From Lysobacterales bacterium (GTDB lineage Bacteria; Pseudomonadota; Gammaproteobacteria; Xanthomonadales; SZUA-36): a DNA stretch of 64,000 bases. How positions within the stretch are numbered: position 1 is the first letter of the stretch; each line of letters begins with the position of its first letter. Shown piece after piece: positions 17,570 through 26,773 of this stretch. The DNA lies in NCBI GenBank assembly GCA_029859645.1, contig JAOUCS010000007.1:1740-65739 (forward strand), in the 5' to 3' direction. The notes beneath the pieces are model-generated. The model searched no databases and was not told where the DNA came from. It was given only the letters and a program-made list of their open reading frames with translations. A program made the position numbers and the translations under genes.

Positions 17570-20010
17570 AAGGCAGGATTCTCCGTGTTCCTTTTGACCA
17601 GCCGCGAAGCATTGGCGACTACCAACAACGAGCTCAGCGACATCCCCAGGGCAGCCATCCAGGGTTTGAGCATGCCTGACACCGCCAGTGGCATGACCGA
17701 GGCGTTATACATGACCGCCCAGGTCAGGTTTTGCCTGACCAGTTCGCGGGTCCGCCGGGCAGCATGAATGGCCTTGTTCACAAGTTCCAGCGACTCCGAT
17801 GTCAGGATCATGTCGGCGGCGCTGTTGGCCAGTTCGGCGCCGCCCTTGACGGTCATCGAAACGTCTGCGGCGGCAAGCACCGGGGCGTCATTGACACCGT
17901 CACCGACCATCAGCACATGCTTGCCGGAATTGCGCAATTCCTCGAGGCGGGCCAGCTTCATTTCGGGCGTTTGCCGGGCGGCCCGGTCGCTGATCTGCAA
18001 GCGGTCAGCGACGCGGTCGACTGCTTTGCGACTGTCTCCGGAAAGCACGGCCAGTTCAAGCCCTTGTCGTTTCAGCTGCTGAATCGTGAATTCCGCATCC
18101 GGGCGCAAGGAGTCCTGTAACTCAAAACGCGCCACCCAACCTTGATCATCCGCCAGCCAGATGCTGTCATCATTGTCCGTTGCTGCAGCGGAGGGGTTCG
18201 GAACGAAGCCGGCTTTACCAATCTTCCATGCAGCCCCTGCAATGAGACCTGAAACCCCGCTGGCTGAATGTATGGTAATTTTTTCGGCGACGAGGGGCTT
18301 GTTGGCTCCAGTCCCATTCTCCGCTCCATCCCATCGAAATGCACCGGCGATGGGATGCGCCGAAGCGATTTCCAAAGCTGCCGCGATTCGCAGGGCCCGC
18401 TGCTCACTGATCTCCGGCCGCTGTGGATTGATCTGGATCGCGACAACTTCAGGCTGTCCGCTGGTCAAAGTGCCGGTCTTGTCGAAGATCACGGTGTCCG
18501 TTTGCGTTAGCGCTGGCAGTGCTTCTCCGCGTGTCAGCAGGATGCCTTCGTCCAGCAGGCGGCGGCTGGCGGCTGCATAGACCACCGGTAAGGCCAGGGA
18601 AAGCGCACAGGGACAGCTTGCCACCAGCACCGAAAGCATGGCAGCGAAAGCGCGGCCAGGATCCACGAGTTGCCATCCCAGCCAGGTCCCGCCGGCAATG
18701 ACCAGGACCGCAACGATAAACACCGGCACCAGCCACACAGGCATGACGTTGCTCGAAGGCCGTCTTGACTGGGCGAGCAATAACAGGCGCCCCAATGCCG
18801 AAACAGTCGTTTCCTGGCCACTTGCCGTAACGGTCATTTCCACCGGCTGGGACAAGTTGATCGTCCCGGCGATCACGAGATCGCCGGCGCCTCTTGCTAC
18901 CGGGCGCGATTCACCGGTGAGCAGTGCCTCATCGACCTCGGTAGCGCCGCTGTCTAATGCCCCGTCTGCAGGAAAACTTTCGCCGGCCCTCACCAGCACC
19001 CGGTCGCCATCAGCCAGGTCACTGGCCGGAATGGTTTCTCGTCCATCGTCGGTCAGCCGTTCAGCCCATTCCGGCAGCAAGCGTGCCAGGGCCGCCCCCG
19101 CCTGCAGGTTTCGATGCCTCAGCATCATCTCGATGTGCCTTCCCAGCGATAAAAAGAAGATAAACATGACCACCGAATCGAACCAGACCTCACCTTTGCC
19201 GGTGAAGAAGTTGTAGCAGCTCGCGATAAATGCCAGGCTGATCGCGAGTGCGACCGGCACATCCATACCTGGGCTTCCGGCCTTCAGACTCCGGAAGGCG
19301 CCTTCGAAAAAAATCCTGCCGGAATAGATCAGCACCGGTAAGGTAACCATCAGGCTGACCCATTCGAGAAAACTACGTTCTGCAACGGCAATACCGAAGG
19401 CGTCACCGGCATACAGGCCCACCGCGTACATCATCACCTGCATCATCCCCAGGCCGGCCACACCCAAACGCTTCATGGAATTGCGGCGCTCTTCCTGGCG
19501 TCCCTGTTCTTCCGCGCTGGCCAGTGGCAGGTGGGGTTTGTAACCCAGTTCCATCAACGCAGCGGCGAGACCGCTCAGGTGGTTGTCGTCAGGCCGCCAG
19601 ATGATTCGTGTATAGCCGGTGGCCGTATCCACCTGAACGGAATCGACACCGGGTTTGTTTTCAACATGGCTGCGAATCAGCCAGGCGCAGGCGGCACAGC
19701 GAATGCCTTCTGTTTGCAGTAGCAGGTCCCGCTTACCATCGGCCAACTCGGCGCCCCAAAGCGATTGCCGATCATCGCAACCGCGCCAGGCCTCGATGTC
19801 CTTTTCAAGGTCTTCTTCGGCTTTACGGCCCAGGTCCTGGCGGAATTGGTAGTAGCGGCCCAGCCCGGAGCTGAAAATCAGTTCAGCAACGGCCTGGCAG
19901 CCGGAGCAGCAGACGGGTTTTTGCTGTCCGTCACGCAGGACGAACAGAGATACACCATCAGGGACAGGTTCACCGCAGTGGAAACAGGCGCTCTCAGTGC
20001 GCTCCATCAT
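17566..20010 (-). CDS. ccoI: Copper-translocating P-type ATPase CcoI/FixI
   Basis: N-terminal CFHCGEPV and CCSGC metal-binding region, with CPC, DKTGTLT and GDGVNDAP motifs. The ORF is open to 20067; I prefer the start at MMERTES. Confidence 0.9.
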   Translation of the reverse strand: MMERTESACFHCGEPVPDGVSLFVLRDGQQKPVCCSGCQAVAELIFSSGLGRYYQFRQDLGRKAEEDLEKDIEAWRGCDDRQSLWGAELADGKRDLLLQTEGIRCAACAWLIRSHVENKPGVDSVQVDTATGYTRIIWRPDDNHLSGLAAALMELGYKPHLPLASAEEQGRQEERRNSMKRLGVAGLGMMQVMMYAVGLYAGDAFGIAVAERSFLEWVSLMVTLPVLIYSGRIFFEGAFRSLKAGSPGMDVPVALAISLAFIASCYNFFTGKGEVWFDSVVMFIFFLSLGRHIEMMLRHRNLQAGAALARLLPEWAERLTDDGRETIPASDLADGDRVLVRAGESFPADGALDSGATEVDEALLTGESRPVARGAGDLVIAGTINLSQPVEMTVTASGQETTVSALGRLLLLAQSRRPSSNVMPVWLVPVFIVAVLVIAGGTWLGWQLVDPGRAFAAMLSVLVASCPCALSLALPVVYAAASRRLLDEGILLTRGEALPALTQTDTVIFDKTGTLTSGQPEVVAIQINPQRPEISEQRALRIAAALEIASAHPIAGAFRWDGAENGTGANKPLVAEKITIHSASGVSGLIAGAAWKIGKAGFVPNPSAAATDNDDSIWLADDQGWVARFELQDSLRPDAEFTIQQLKRQGLELAVLSGDSRKAVDRVADRLQISDRAARQTPEMKLARLEELRNSGKHVLMVGDGVNDAPVLAAADVSMTVKGGAELANSAADMILTSESLELVNKAIHAARRTRELVRQNLTWAVMYNASVMPLAVSGMLKPWMAALGMSLSSLLVVANASRLVKRNTENPAL

Positions 20011-20239
20011 CCGGGTCCCCCGACGTATCCGGATCGGTTGGCCCTTCCTCGGATGGATCCTGGGCACGAAACTCTGCTTTCATTTCGTTGTACTGCTGAT
20101 CATCCACAACCAGGTAGTCGGGGTTGGAGATGGCCAGATAAAGCGTGGTCATGCCCATAATCACCGCCGCCAGTGGAATGGCGATGGCCACCCATGGCCA
20201 GGGCTCGCGGTACCAGGGTTTGTTGGAGCTTTGATTCAT
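19994..20239 (-). CDS. ccoH: Short FixH/CcoH-like protein (N-terminal TM region only)
   Basis: KPWYREPWPWVAIAIPLAAVIMG..LVVDDQQY matches the FixH N-terminus, but the protein is only 81 aa. Confidence 0.65.
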   Translation of the reverse strand: MNQSSNKPWYREPWPWVAIAIPLAAVIMGMTTLYLAISNPDYLVVDDQQYNEMKAEFRAQDPSEEGPTDPDTSGDPDDGAH

Positions 20240-20241
20240 GT

Positions 20242-21642
20242 CTAGTTTCCGAAGTCCATTGGCATCAGCGCCTTGGCGGTAGTTTCTATCCTGATTGAAG
20301 GATCATCCTGCGACTGGAACTCGATGTCCAGCGTTTGCACACCTTGACCGGCAGATCGCGGTATTCTGAGCCGGACCGATACGCCAAGGACTTCCTCGGC
20401 CTGCAGGGACAGAGGCTTGTCCATGTCAATTTCCACGGCATCGTTGTTCAGAACCCTCATATCATAACGGTGTGGAGCATTGTCCATGTTGGTAATTTTC
20501 AGCGTGTACACATTCTCCACCAGGTTTCCTGGCAATTCCCGGTACAACGCATTCCGGTCGCGGATCAGGTCAGCGCGCAACGGCACACGATGGGTCATCG
20601 ACCAGATCGTGCCTCCAAGAATGGCGATCAATAACACGCCATAAATAATGATCCTGGGCCGAATGACATGCTTTGTCTTGTGCTTCAGCGAATGTTCGGT
20701 CGTGTAACGAATCAAGCCGCGGGGGTATTCCATCTTGTCCATGACCTGGTCGCAGACATCAATACAGGCAGCGCAGGCGATGCACTCGTACTGAAGACCA
20801 TTTCTGATATCGATGCCGGTTGGGCAGACCTGCACACAAAGCGTACAGTTGATGCAGTCTCCGAGGCCTTTTTCGGCTGGATTATCTTTCTTGCGCCGTC
20901 CTCCCCTGGGCTCGCCCCGTTCCGGATCGTAGGAGATAATCAGCGTATCCTTGTCGAACATCGCGCTCTGGAAACGGGCATAAGGACACATGTATTTGCA
21001 AACCTGCTCACGCAGAAAGCCCGCGTTTCCATAGGTTGCAAAACTGTAGAAGACGATCCAGAACGTTTCCCAGGGGCCCAGCGACAGGCTGGCGATATTG
21101 GCTCCCAGTTCGCGAATCGGCGAAAAGAAGCCGACGAAGGTAAATCCCGTCCAGGCCGCGAAGAGTATCCACAAAGCCTGCTTCGCCGACTTGCGCATGA
21201 TCTTGTCAGCGGTCCACGGGGCCTTGTCCAGTTTCATCCGCTTGGCGCGATCACCTTCTACCCATTGTTCGATCCACATGAAGGTTTCTGTCCAGACTGT
21301 TTGTGGACAGGCGAATCCACACCACAGGCGGCCCGCCAGGGCGGTGAAAAAGAACAGCGAGAGCCCGGCTGTAATCATCAGCAAAGCCAGGTAGACGAAA
21401 TCCTGCGGCCAGAAAGTCAGCCCCAGGATATAGAATTTGCGCGCTGGCAAATCGAACAAAACGGCTTGATTGCCATTGATATTAAGCCACGGCAGTACAT
21501 AGTAAAGGCCGAGCAGCACCCATACCGCGATCACGCGCAGACGCGCGAAGGTACCCTTTACCTGGCGCGCATAAATCTTCGGTTCTTTACGATAAAGGGA
21601 TTCTCCTGCACCCGGCTTTTCCGGAGCGGAATCCTGCTTCAC
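20242..21642 (-). CDS. ccoG: Cytochrome c oxidase accessory protein CcoG/FixG (4Fe-4S)
   Basis: Ferredoxin motifs CINCTLCVQVCP and CIACAACIDVCD, plus TM helices and the position next to ccoH. Confidence 0.9.
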   Translation of the reverse strand: MKQDSAPEKPGAGESLYRKEPKIYARQVKGTFARLRVIAVWVLLGLYYVLPWLNINGNQAVLFDLPARKFYILGLTFWPQDFVYLALLMITAGLSLFFFTALAGRLWCGFACPQTVWTETFMWIEQWVEGDRAKRMKLDKAPWTADKIMRKSAKQALWILFAAWTGFTFVGFFSPIRELGANIASLSLGPWETFWIVFYSFATYGNAGFLREQVCKYMCPYARFQSAMFDKDTLIISYDPERGEPRGGRRKKDNPAEKGLGDCINCTLCVQVCPTGIDIRNGLQYECIACAACIDVCDQVMDKMEYPRGLIRYTTEHSLKHKTKHVIRPRIIIYGVLLIAILGGTIWSMTHRVPLRADLIRDRNALYRELPGNLVENVYTLKITNMDNAPHRYDMRVLNNDAVEIDMDKPLSLQAEEVLGVSVRLRIPRSAGQGVQTLDIEFQSQDDPSIRIETTAKALMPMDFGN

Positions 21643-22007
21643 TTGAAATCTCCGATATCGAGGTCAGGGTTTTCTTCTTCCGGGGAACGGATTTCGGGCG
21701 GAGGTCTGCGGCCCGTGCCACTGGCATGGCCGCTTTTGGGCCCGGTCCTGATCATGAAAATCGTCAGTCCGCTGGCGATCAGGCTGACCAGGAACAGGAA
21801 CAGGAAGCCCAGGCTGTACGCGAGGCGCCTGCCCATCTCCCAGGGCAGGACCCAGGCGTCATTCAGTGCATCTGGATCCAGCACCGCGAATATGACGAAA
21901 GTACCGACGCAGGCAGACAGGAAGGCAATCCACAACGCGATTCCCAGGTCACGCTTGCCCCTGCTCCATCGCCCGGGCAGTGACTGGGAAGTGTCATTCA
22001 TCGGCAC
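21639..22007 (-). CDS. Hypothetical membrane protein inserted between ccoP and ccoG
   Basis: 122 aa with 2-3 TM helices. Its stop overlaps the ccoG start by ATGA. No family recognised. Confidence 0.5.
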   Translation of the reverse strand: MPMNDTSQSLPGRWSRGKRDLGIALWIAFLSACVGTFVIFAVLDPDALNDAWVLPWEMGRRLAYSLGFLFLFLVSLIASGLTIFMIRTGPKSGHASGTGRRPPPEIRSPEEENPDLDIGDFK

Positions 22008-22036
22008 TGCTTCCCGTTACCCGCTGCGGGGCTCAC

Positions 22037-22927
22037 TCATGAACCTGACATTCTTTTTACATAGGCCGCGAGCAGGCGACTGTGGATTTCGCTCAGCTGG
22101 CTTCCAAACGCAGGCATTCTGCCATTACGTCCCTTGAGCAGGGTCAGTTCGATATCCTCCGGATTACCACCGTACAGCCAGATGTCATCGGTCAGATTGG
22201 GCGAACCCAGTAGTGGATTCCCCTTGGCGTCCTGTCCATGACAGGCAGCACAGACCATGAACTTCGTCTTACCGGCTGCGGCCAGTTCCGCATCAGCCTT
22301 TTGCCCTGCAATCTGCTGCACGTAGGCAACCATCTCTCTGATACCAGCCTCTCCCAGGATTGCATCGTGTGGAGGCATGACGGCCATTCTCCCGGCATTG
22401 ATACTGGTTAGAATGTCATCATAAGAACCACCCCACTGCCAGTCATTGTCCGCAAGGTTGGGAAAACCCTTGGCGCCCCTGCCGTCAGAACCGTGGCACA
22501 TGGCGCAGTTGTTGCCAAACAGCCGACCAGCGGTGTCCATGGCTTCAACGTCAGCCATCAGGGCGTCACCATCCATATCCTGGAAGCGCGCGAATATGAC
22601 TTTCTGGACCTCCCCGGCCTGCGCAATCTCTGCGTCATACTGTTCGATCTGCGTCCAGCCTTTGATTCCGGCAAAGTTTCCCAGCCCCGGGAAAAGTACC
22701 AGGTACACCAATGCGAAGACGATGGTGATGTTAAACAGGTGCAACCACCACCTCGGCAGTGGGGTGTTCAGCTCTCGCAAATCCTCGTCCCAAACGTGGC
22801 CGGTTGAACCATCGTCATCGTCCGAGCGATCTGAGACGCCCTTGGTCCAGTGCAACAACCACCAGCAGGCCAGGATGCTGCCGACGGAGATGATAATTAC
22901 GAACCAGTTCCAGAATGAATTCAGCAT
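22037..22927 (-). CDS. ccoP: cbb3-type cytochrome c oxidase subunit III (diheme)
   Basis: Two CxxCH motifs (CAMCHG, CAACHG) and an N-terminal TM helix. Confidence 0.92.
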   Translation of the reverse strand: MLNSFWNWFVIIISVGSILACWWLLHWTKGVSDRSDDDDGSTGHVWDEDLRELNTPLPRWWLHLFNITIVFALVYLVLFPGLGNFAGIKGWTQIEQYDAEIAQAGEVQKVIFARFQDMDGDALMADVEAMDTAGRLFGNNCAMCHGSDGRGAKGFPNLADNDWQWGGSYDDILTSINAGRMAVMPPHDAILGEAGIREMVAYVQQIAGQKADAELAAAGKTKFMVCAACHGQDAKGNPLLGSPNLTDDIWLYGGNPEDIELTLLKGRNGRMPAFGSQLSEIHSRLLAAYVKRMSGS

Positions 22928-22930
22928 GGA

Positions 22931-23128
22931 TTACTCCTTGGACCTTTCTTCTTTGCTGTCGATTTGTGGCACCTGGCCATCGTCTTCTTCGAGTGGCAGC
23001 ATGCTTGCCTGGTGAAATACCTCTTTCCGGTTGCGACTCCAGGCCCAGGCCCAGATACCGGCAAACGCTAGGATCATCAGGATCAGCACCACTCCCCTAA
23101 CCAGATTTGAGTCAAAAAATTCCAACAT
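22931..23128 (-). CDS. ccoQ: cbb3-type oxidase subunit CcoQ
   Basis: 65-aa single-TM protein between ccoO and ccoP. Confidence 0.8.
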   Translation of the reverse strand: MLEFFDSNLVRGVVLILMILAFAGIWAWAWSRNRKEVFHQASMLPLEEDDGQVPQIDSKEERSKE

Positions 23129-23144
23129 TCGACTATCGTTTCGC

Positions 23145-23756
23145 TCAGCGTCCGCTGCGGGTCAATCCAAGACCCTGCAGGTAAGCGACAAGCGCTTCCA
23201 TCTCGGTCTTGCCTTCCACGGCAGCGGCCGCCACAGCAATTTCCTCATCAGTGTACGGATCACCCAGCGTTTGCAGGACGGACAGCTTGCGCTGGATGAG
23301 TTCGCCGTCAACCGTGGCTTCCAGCAGCCAGGGATAGCCGGGCATGTTGGATTCGGGCACGACATCCCGCGGATTGATCAGGTGTATGACGTGCCAGTCG
23401 TCGCTGTAACGCCCGCCAACCCGAGCCAGATCAGGACCGGTCCGCTTGGAGCCCCACTGGAACGGGCGGTCATAAACAGACTCGCCAGCCACTGAGAATG
23501 GCCCATAACGTTCTGTTTCGCTTCGGAATGGCCGGATCATCTGGGAGTGACAGTTGTAACAGCCTTCCCTGACGTAGATATCGCGGCCCGCCAGCTGTAA
23601 TGGCGGATAAGGCTTGATTCCTTCAGAAGGTGTGCGCACCTGGTCCTGGAAAATCAACGGTAGAATCTCAACCAGGCCGCCAAGGCTGACCGCTATAACA
23701 ATGAAAACCGACATCAGGATGATGTTCTTTTCTAGTCTTTTGTGACCTTTGCTCAT
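23145..23756 (-). CDS. ccoO: cbb3-type cytochrome c oxidase subunit II (monoheme)
   Basis: [12 protein letters not shown] heme motif. It overlaps the ccoN stop by 4 nt. Confidence 0.93.
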   Translation of the reverse strand: MSKGHKRLEKNIILMSVFIVIAVSLGGLVEILPLIFQDQVRTPSEGIKPYPPLQLAGRDIYVREGCYNCHSQMIRPFRSETERYGPFSVAGESVYDRPFQWGSKRTGPDLARVGGRYSDDWHVIHLINPRDVVPESNMPGYPWLLEATVDGELIQRKLSVLQTLGDPYTDEEIAVAAAAVEGKTEMEALVAYLQGLGLTRSGR

Positions 23757-25174
23757 GCGTGCTCTCCCCAGATAGCAGGTTCTGCAGCTTTGAATTCAGG
23801 CGCTTTTGACTGTGCCAGAGTCTTGAACGTATTCCACGCCATGATAAACATGCCGGCCAGGAATAGCGTGCCACCCAACAGGCGAATCACGTAGTAAGGT
23901 TTGGTCGCGGCGATCGTTTCGATGAAGGTGTAGGTCAAGGTGCCGTCTTCATTGAAAGCACGCCACATCAGGCCCTGCATGACGCCGGCAATCCACATCG
24001 AAGCGATGTAAAGCACGATACCGATGGTGGCGATCCAGAAATGAGCGTCCACCGCCTTGACACTGTACATGACCTTCTTTCCCATCAGGCGCGGAGTCAG
24101 GCTGTAGAGTGATCCGATCGTCATCATGGCCACCCAGCCCAATGCACCAGAGTGGACGTGTCCAATCGTCCAGTCGGTGTAATGGCTCAGAGCGTTGACC
24201 GTCTTGATCGACATCATCGGGCCTTCAAAGGTCGACATACCATAGAAACTCAATGCGACGATCATGAACTTCAGCACCGGGTCGGTGCGCAATTTGTGCC
24301 AGTGGCCCGACAGGGTCATGACACCGTTGATCATGCCGCCCCAGCTCGGCGCCAGCAGAATCAGCGAGAACACCATACCCAGTGACTGAACCCAGTCAGG
24401 TAGGGCCGTGTAATGCAGGTGATGCGGTCCTGCCCACATGTAAATGGCGATCAGCGCCCAGAAATGTACGATCGAAAGGCGATAGGAATAGACTGGACCT
24501 TCCGCCTGTTTCGGCACGAAGTAATACATCATCGCAAGGAAACCGGCGGTCAGGAAAAAGCCGACCGCGTTATGCCCATACCACCACTGAACCATCGCAT
24601 CTACAGCCCCGGTATAGACCTCGTAGGACTTGGTCATGGTTACCGGCAGCGACAGGTTGTTGACTATGTGCAGCAACGCAATCGTAATTATGAAAGCGGC
24701 GTAAAACCAGTTGGCCACATAAATGTGGCTGACTCTTCGCTTGATGATCGTACCGAAAAACACCACTGCGTAGGCGACCCACACCACCGTGATCAGGATG
24801 TCGATAGGCCATTCGAGTTCGGCATATTCCTTGCCTTGCGTCCAACCCAGGGGCAGAGATATGGCAGCCGCTAGAATCACCAGTTGCCAGCCCCAGAACA
24901 CGAAAGAAGCGAGCCCCCCGGCAAACAGCCGCACGTGGCAGGTCCGCTGCACCACGTAAAAAGAGGTTCCAATCAGAGCCGAGCCGCCGAAGGCGAAAAT
25001 TACTGCGTTGGTGTGCAGCGGGCGGAGCCTGCTGTACGTCAGCCAGGGAATATCGAAATTCAACACAGGCAGCCACAACTGGGCGGCAATAATCACACCA
25101 ACCAGCATGCCTACTATGCCCCAGATCACAGTCATGACGACAAACTGCCGCACCACTTTATCGTTGTAGGTCAT
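23753..25174 (-). CDS. ccoN: cbb3-type cytochrome c oxidase subunit I
   Basis: 473-aa, 12-TM heme-copper oxidase subunit with the typical [19 protein letters not shown] region. Confidence 0.95.
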   Translation of the reverse strand: MTYNDKVVRQFVVMTVIWGIVGMLVGVIIAAQLWLPVLNFDIPWLTYSRLRPLHTNAVIFAFGGSALIGTSFYVVQRTCHVRLFAGGLASFVFWGWQLVILAAAISLPLGWTQGKEYAELEWPIDILITVVWVAYAVVFFGTIIKRRVSHIYVANWFYAAFIITIALLHIVNNLSLPVTMTKSYEVYTGAVDAMVQWWYGHNAVGFFLTAGFLAMMYYFVPKQAEGPVYSYRLSIVHFWALIAIYMWAGPHHLHYTALPDWVQSLGMVFSLILLAPSWGGMINGVMTLSGHWHKLRTDPVLKFMIVALSFYGMSTFEGPMMSIKTVNALSHYTDWTIGHVHSGALGWVAMMTIGSLYSLTPRLMGKKVMYSVKAVDAHFWIATIGIVLYIASMWIAGVMQGLMWRAFNEDGTLTYTFIETIAATKPYYVIRLLGGTLFLAGMFIMAWNTFKTLAQSKAPEFKAAEPAIWGEHA

Positions 25175-25213
25175 ATCAATTTTCCAGTAGTTCAGTCATT
25201 AACTTCAGTGCGC

Positions 25214-25241
25214 CTTAAAAAAACCCGGCCGCTTGGGCCGG
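25214..25241 (-). terminator. Rho-independent terminator after the HiPIP gene
   Basis: The minus strand reads CCGGCC-CAAGC-GGCCGG followed by G and TTTTTTT. Confidence 0.7.
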
Positions 25242-25252
25242 ATTTCATCCAC

Positions 25253-25630
25253 TCAGGATTTTGCCACCCAGGCGTTGCACCAGCCCAACCCCCGCACGGG
25301 GCGGTTTTGGAAAATACTGCATGGTGCTATTTCATCGTCGACCTTGCCGGCGTATAAGGCGCAGTTATTACAAAACTGGCTTGCACCCGCTTCACCGGCA
25401 CGCTTGGGGAATTTCGCGGTATCAACCGTCGTGGCATCCGTCACATATCCCATGGCCTGCGCCAACGGTTCATCGACAGTGACTTCATCGTCAGCCAGAA
25501 GCTGAATCGGAATTGCTGAGAGCGCCAGGGCGCCACCACTGGCCTTCATGCCGAGCTTGAGAAAGTTTCGGCGATTAATCAATTTAGTGTTTTTCACATT
25601 TGCCTCCGGAAGCAGTGCTTTGTCGTACAA
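25253..25630 (-). CDS. hip: High-potential iron-sulfur protein (HiPIP) with a Tat signal
   Basis: RRNFLK twin-arginine signal. The cluster motif is CNNC..(x16)..C..(x13)..WCNAW. Confidence 0.88.
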   Translation of the reverse strand: MYDKALLPEANVKNTKLINRRNFLKLGMKASGGALALSAIPIQLLADDEVTVDEPLAQAMGYVTDATTVDTAKFPKRAGEAGASQFCNNCALYAGKVDDEIAPCSIFQNRPVRGLGWCNAWVAKS

Positions 25631-25632
25631 AA

Positions 25633-26046
25633 TTAAACAAGTGTTTCATTCTGCCTTGACTTGAGTCGCAGGAGCAAATCCAACAGCCTGGATTGCGGAA
25701 ACGGCTTGTCCAGAAAATCCAGTGCGCCCTGGCGGATCAGGTCTACCGCTCCCTGTAAAGGCAGGTCATGACCGGTAAAAATGACGGGAAGTCCTTTGCC
25801 CGAGCACAGTTCCAGAATCTCCTGCGGTGAACACCCGGGCAAACTCGATTCACTGACAACTGCAATGACATCGCGCGAGTTGTCGAGATTCTCCAGCTCC
25901 TCACATCCATCCATGACCTTTACCTGCCAGCCATCTTCCTCCAGTAGTACCGTTAAGGCGTCCCGAACCGAGGCATCTGGCTCAATAAGAACCACGATCC
26001 TATTGTTGTTTTCTTCTTTAATTCCTCGGTCCCCTGATCGTTCCAT
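25633..26046 (-). CDS. Single-domain response-regulator receiver with Glu at the phospho-acceptor position
   Basis: CheY-like fold (VVLIEPDASVRDAL.., VIFTGH, DFLDKPF). VVSESSLPG aligns with LLDIRMPG of the neighbouring FixJ. Confidence 0.7.
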   Translation of the reverse strand: MERSGDRGIKEENNNRIVVLIEPDASVRDALTVLLEEDGWQVKVMDGCEELENLDNSRDVIAVVSESSLPGCSPQEILELCSGKGLPVIFTGHDLPLQGAVDLIRQGALDFLDKPFPQSRLLDLLLRLKSRQNETLV

Positions 26047-26160
26047 AACTAAACAGGCTGCCACCCAGGCGCTTGCAAAATGCTAACGGCAACGCCTCGC
26101 ATAACCATCAGGGAAACTACGTAATTTTAAAATGATCCGGGTCAGGCGGAGGACAATTCT

Positions 26161-26766
26161 TCAGGATTCCAGGCTTGTTACCATTTTAACGAGAGCAGGT
26201 AATGAGTCTGCCCTCATCTTTTCCATGACATGTGCGCGATGTATTTCCACCGTCCTGGGACTGATCCCCAATGATTCGGCGATGCTCTTGTTCGGCAATC
26301 CATCCGCCATCAGCTTCATGACATCCTGTTCCCTTGGCGTACAAGAGTCCACCCGCAGTTGCAGATTTCTGAGCTCTTCCAGCTTTTTACGATCTTGCTG
26401 GAACTGCCTGATCGCCGCTTTGACCTTTTTGATCAGTTCTCCTTCCCGGAACGGTTTCGCCAGGAAATCGAAAGCGCCCTGCTTGATCGCAGAGACAGCC
26501 AATGGAATATCGCCATGGCCGGTAATAAAAATGACCGGAAATGGCAGGTGCTGCTTTTTCAGAATTCTGAACAATTCAGGCCCGTCGGTTCCGGGCATCC
26601 TGATATCCAGCAGCATGCAGGTACATTTTGGTTTTTCGCCAGCCGACCGGTAGGCGTCCGCAGATTCGTACACGACACTTTGCAGGCCTTCTGAATACAA
26701 CAGCAATCTCAAGGCTTCCCGGATAGCCTCGTCATCGTCCACGATGCAAACAAGCGGTTCCTGCAT
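26161..26766 (-). CDS. fixJ: FixJ/LuxR-family two-component response regulator
   Basis: Receiver domain (IVDDDEAIREAL, LLDIRMPGTDG, DFLAKPF) plus a LuxR HTH domain (LTPREQDVMKLMADGLPNKSIAESLGISPRTVEIHR). Confidence 0.9.
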   Translation of the reverse strand: MQEPLVCIVDDDEAIREALRLLLYSEGLQSVVYESADAYRSAGEKPKCTCMLLDIRMPGTDGPELFRILKKQHLPFPVIFITGHGDIPLAVSAIKQGAFDFLAKPFREGELIKKVKAAIRQFQQDRKKLEELRNLQLRVDSCTPREQDVMKLMADGLPNKSIAESLGISPRTVEIHRAHVMEKMRADSLPALVKMVTSLES

Positions 26767-26773
26767 AACGGTA

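Noticed and set aside
20668-22137. 489-codon ORF on the plus strand
   Set aside because: It lies entirely antisense to ccoG, the 122-aa gene and part of ccoP, all of which carry strong family motifs. Its translation is low-complexity and Arg/Gly/Pro-rich with no recognisable domain. This is a typical shadow ORF in GC-rich coding DNA.
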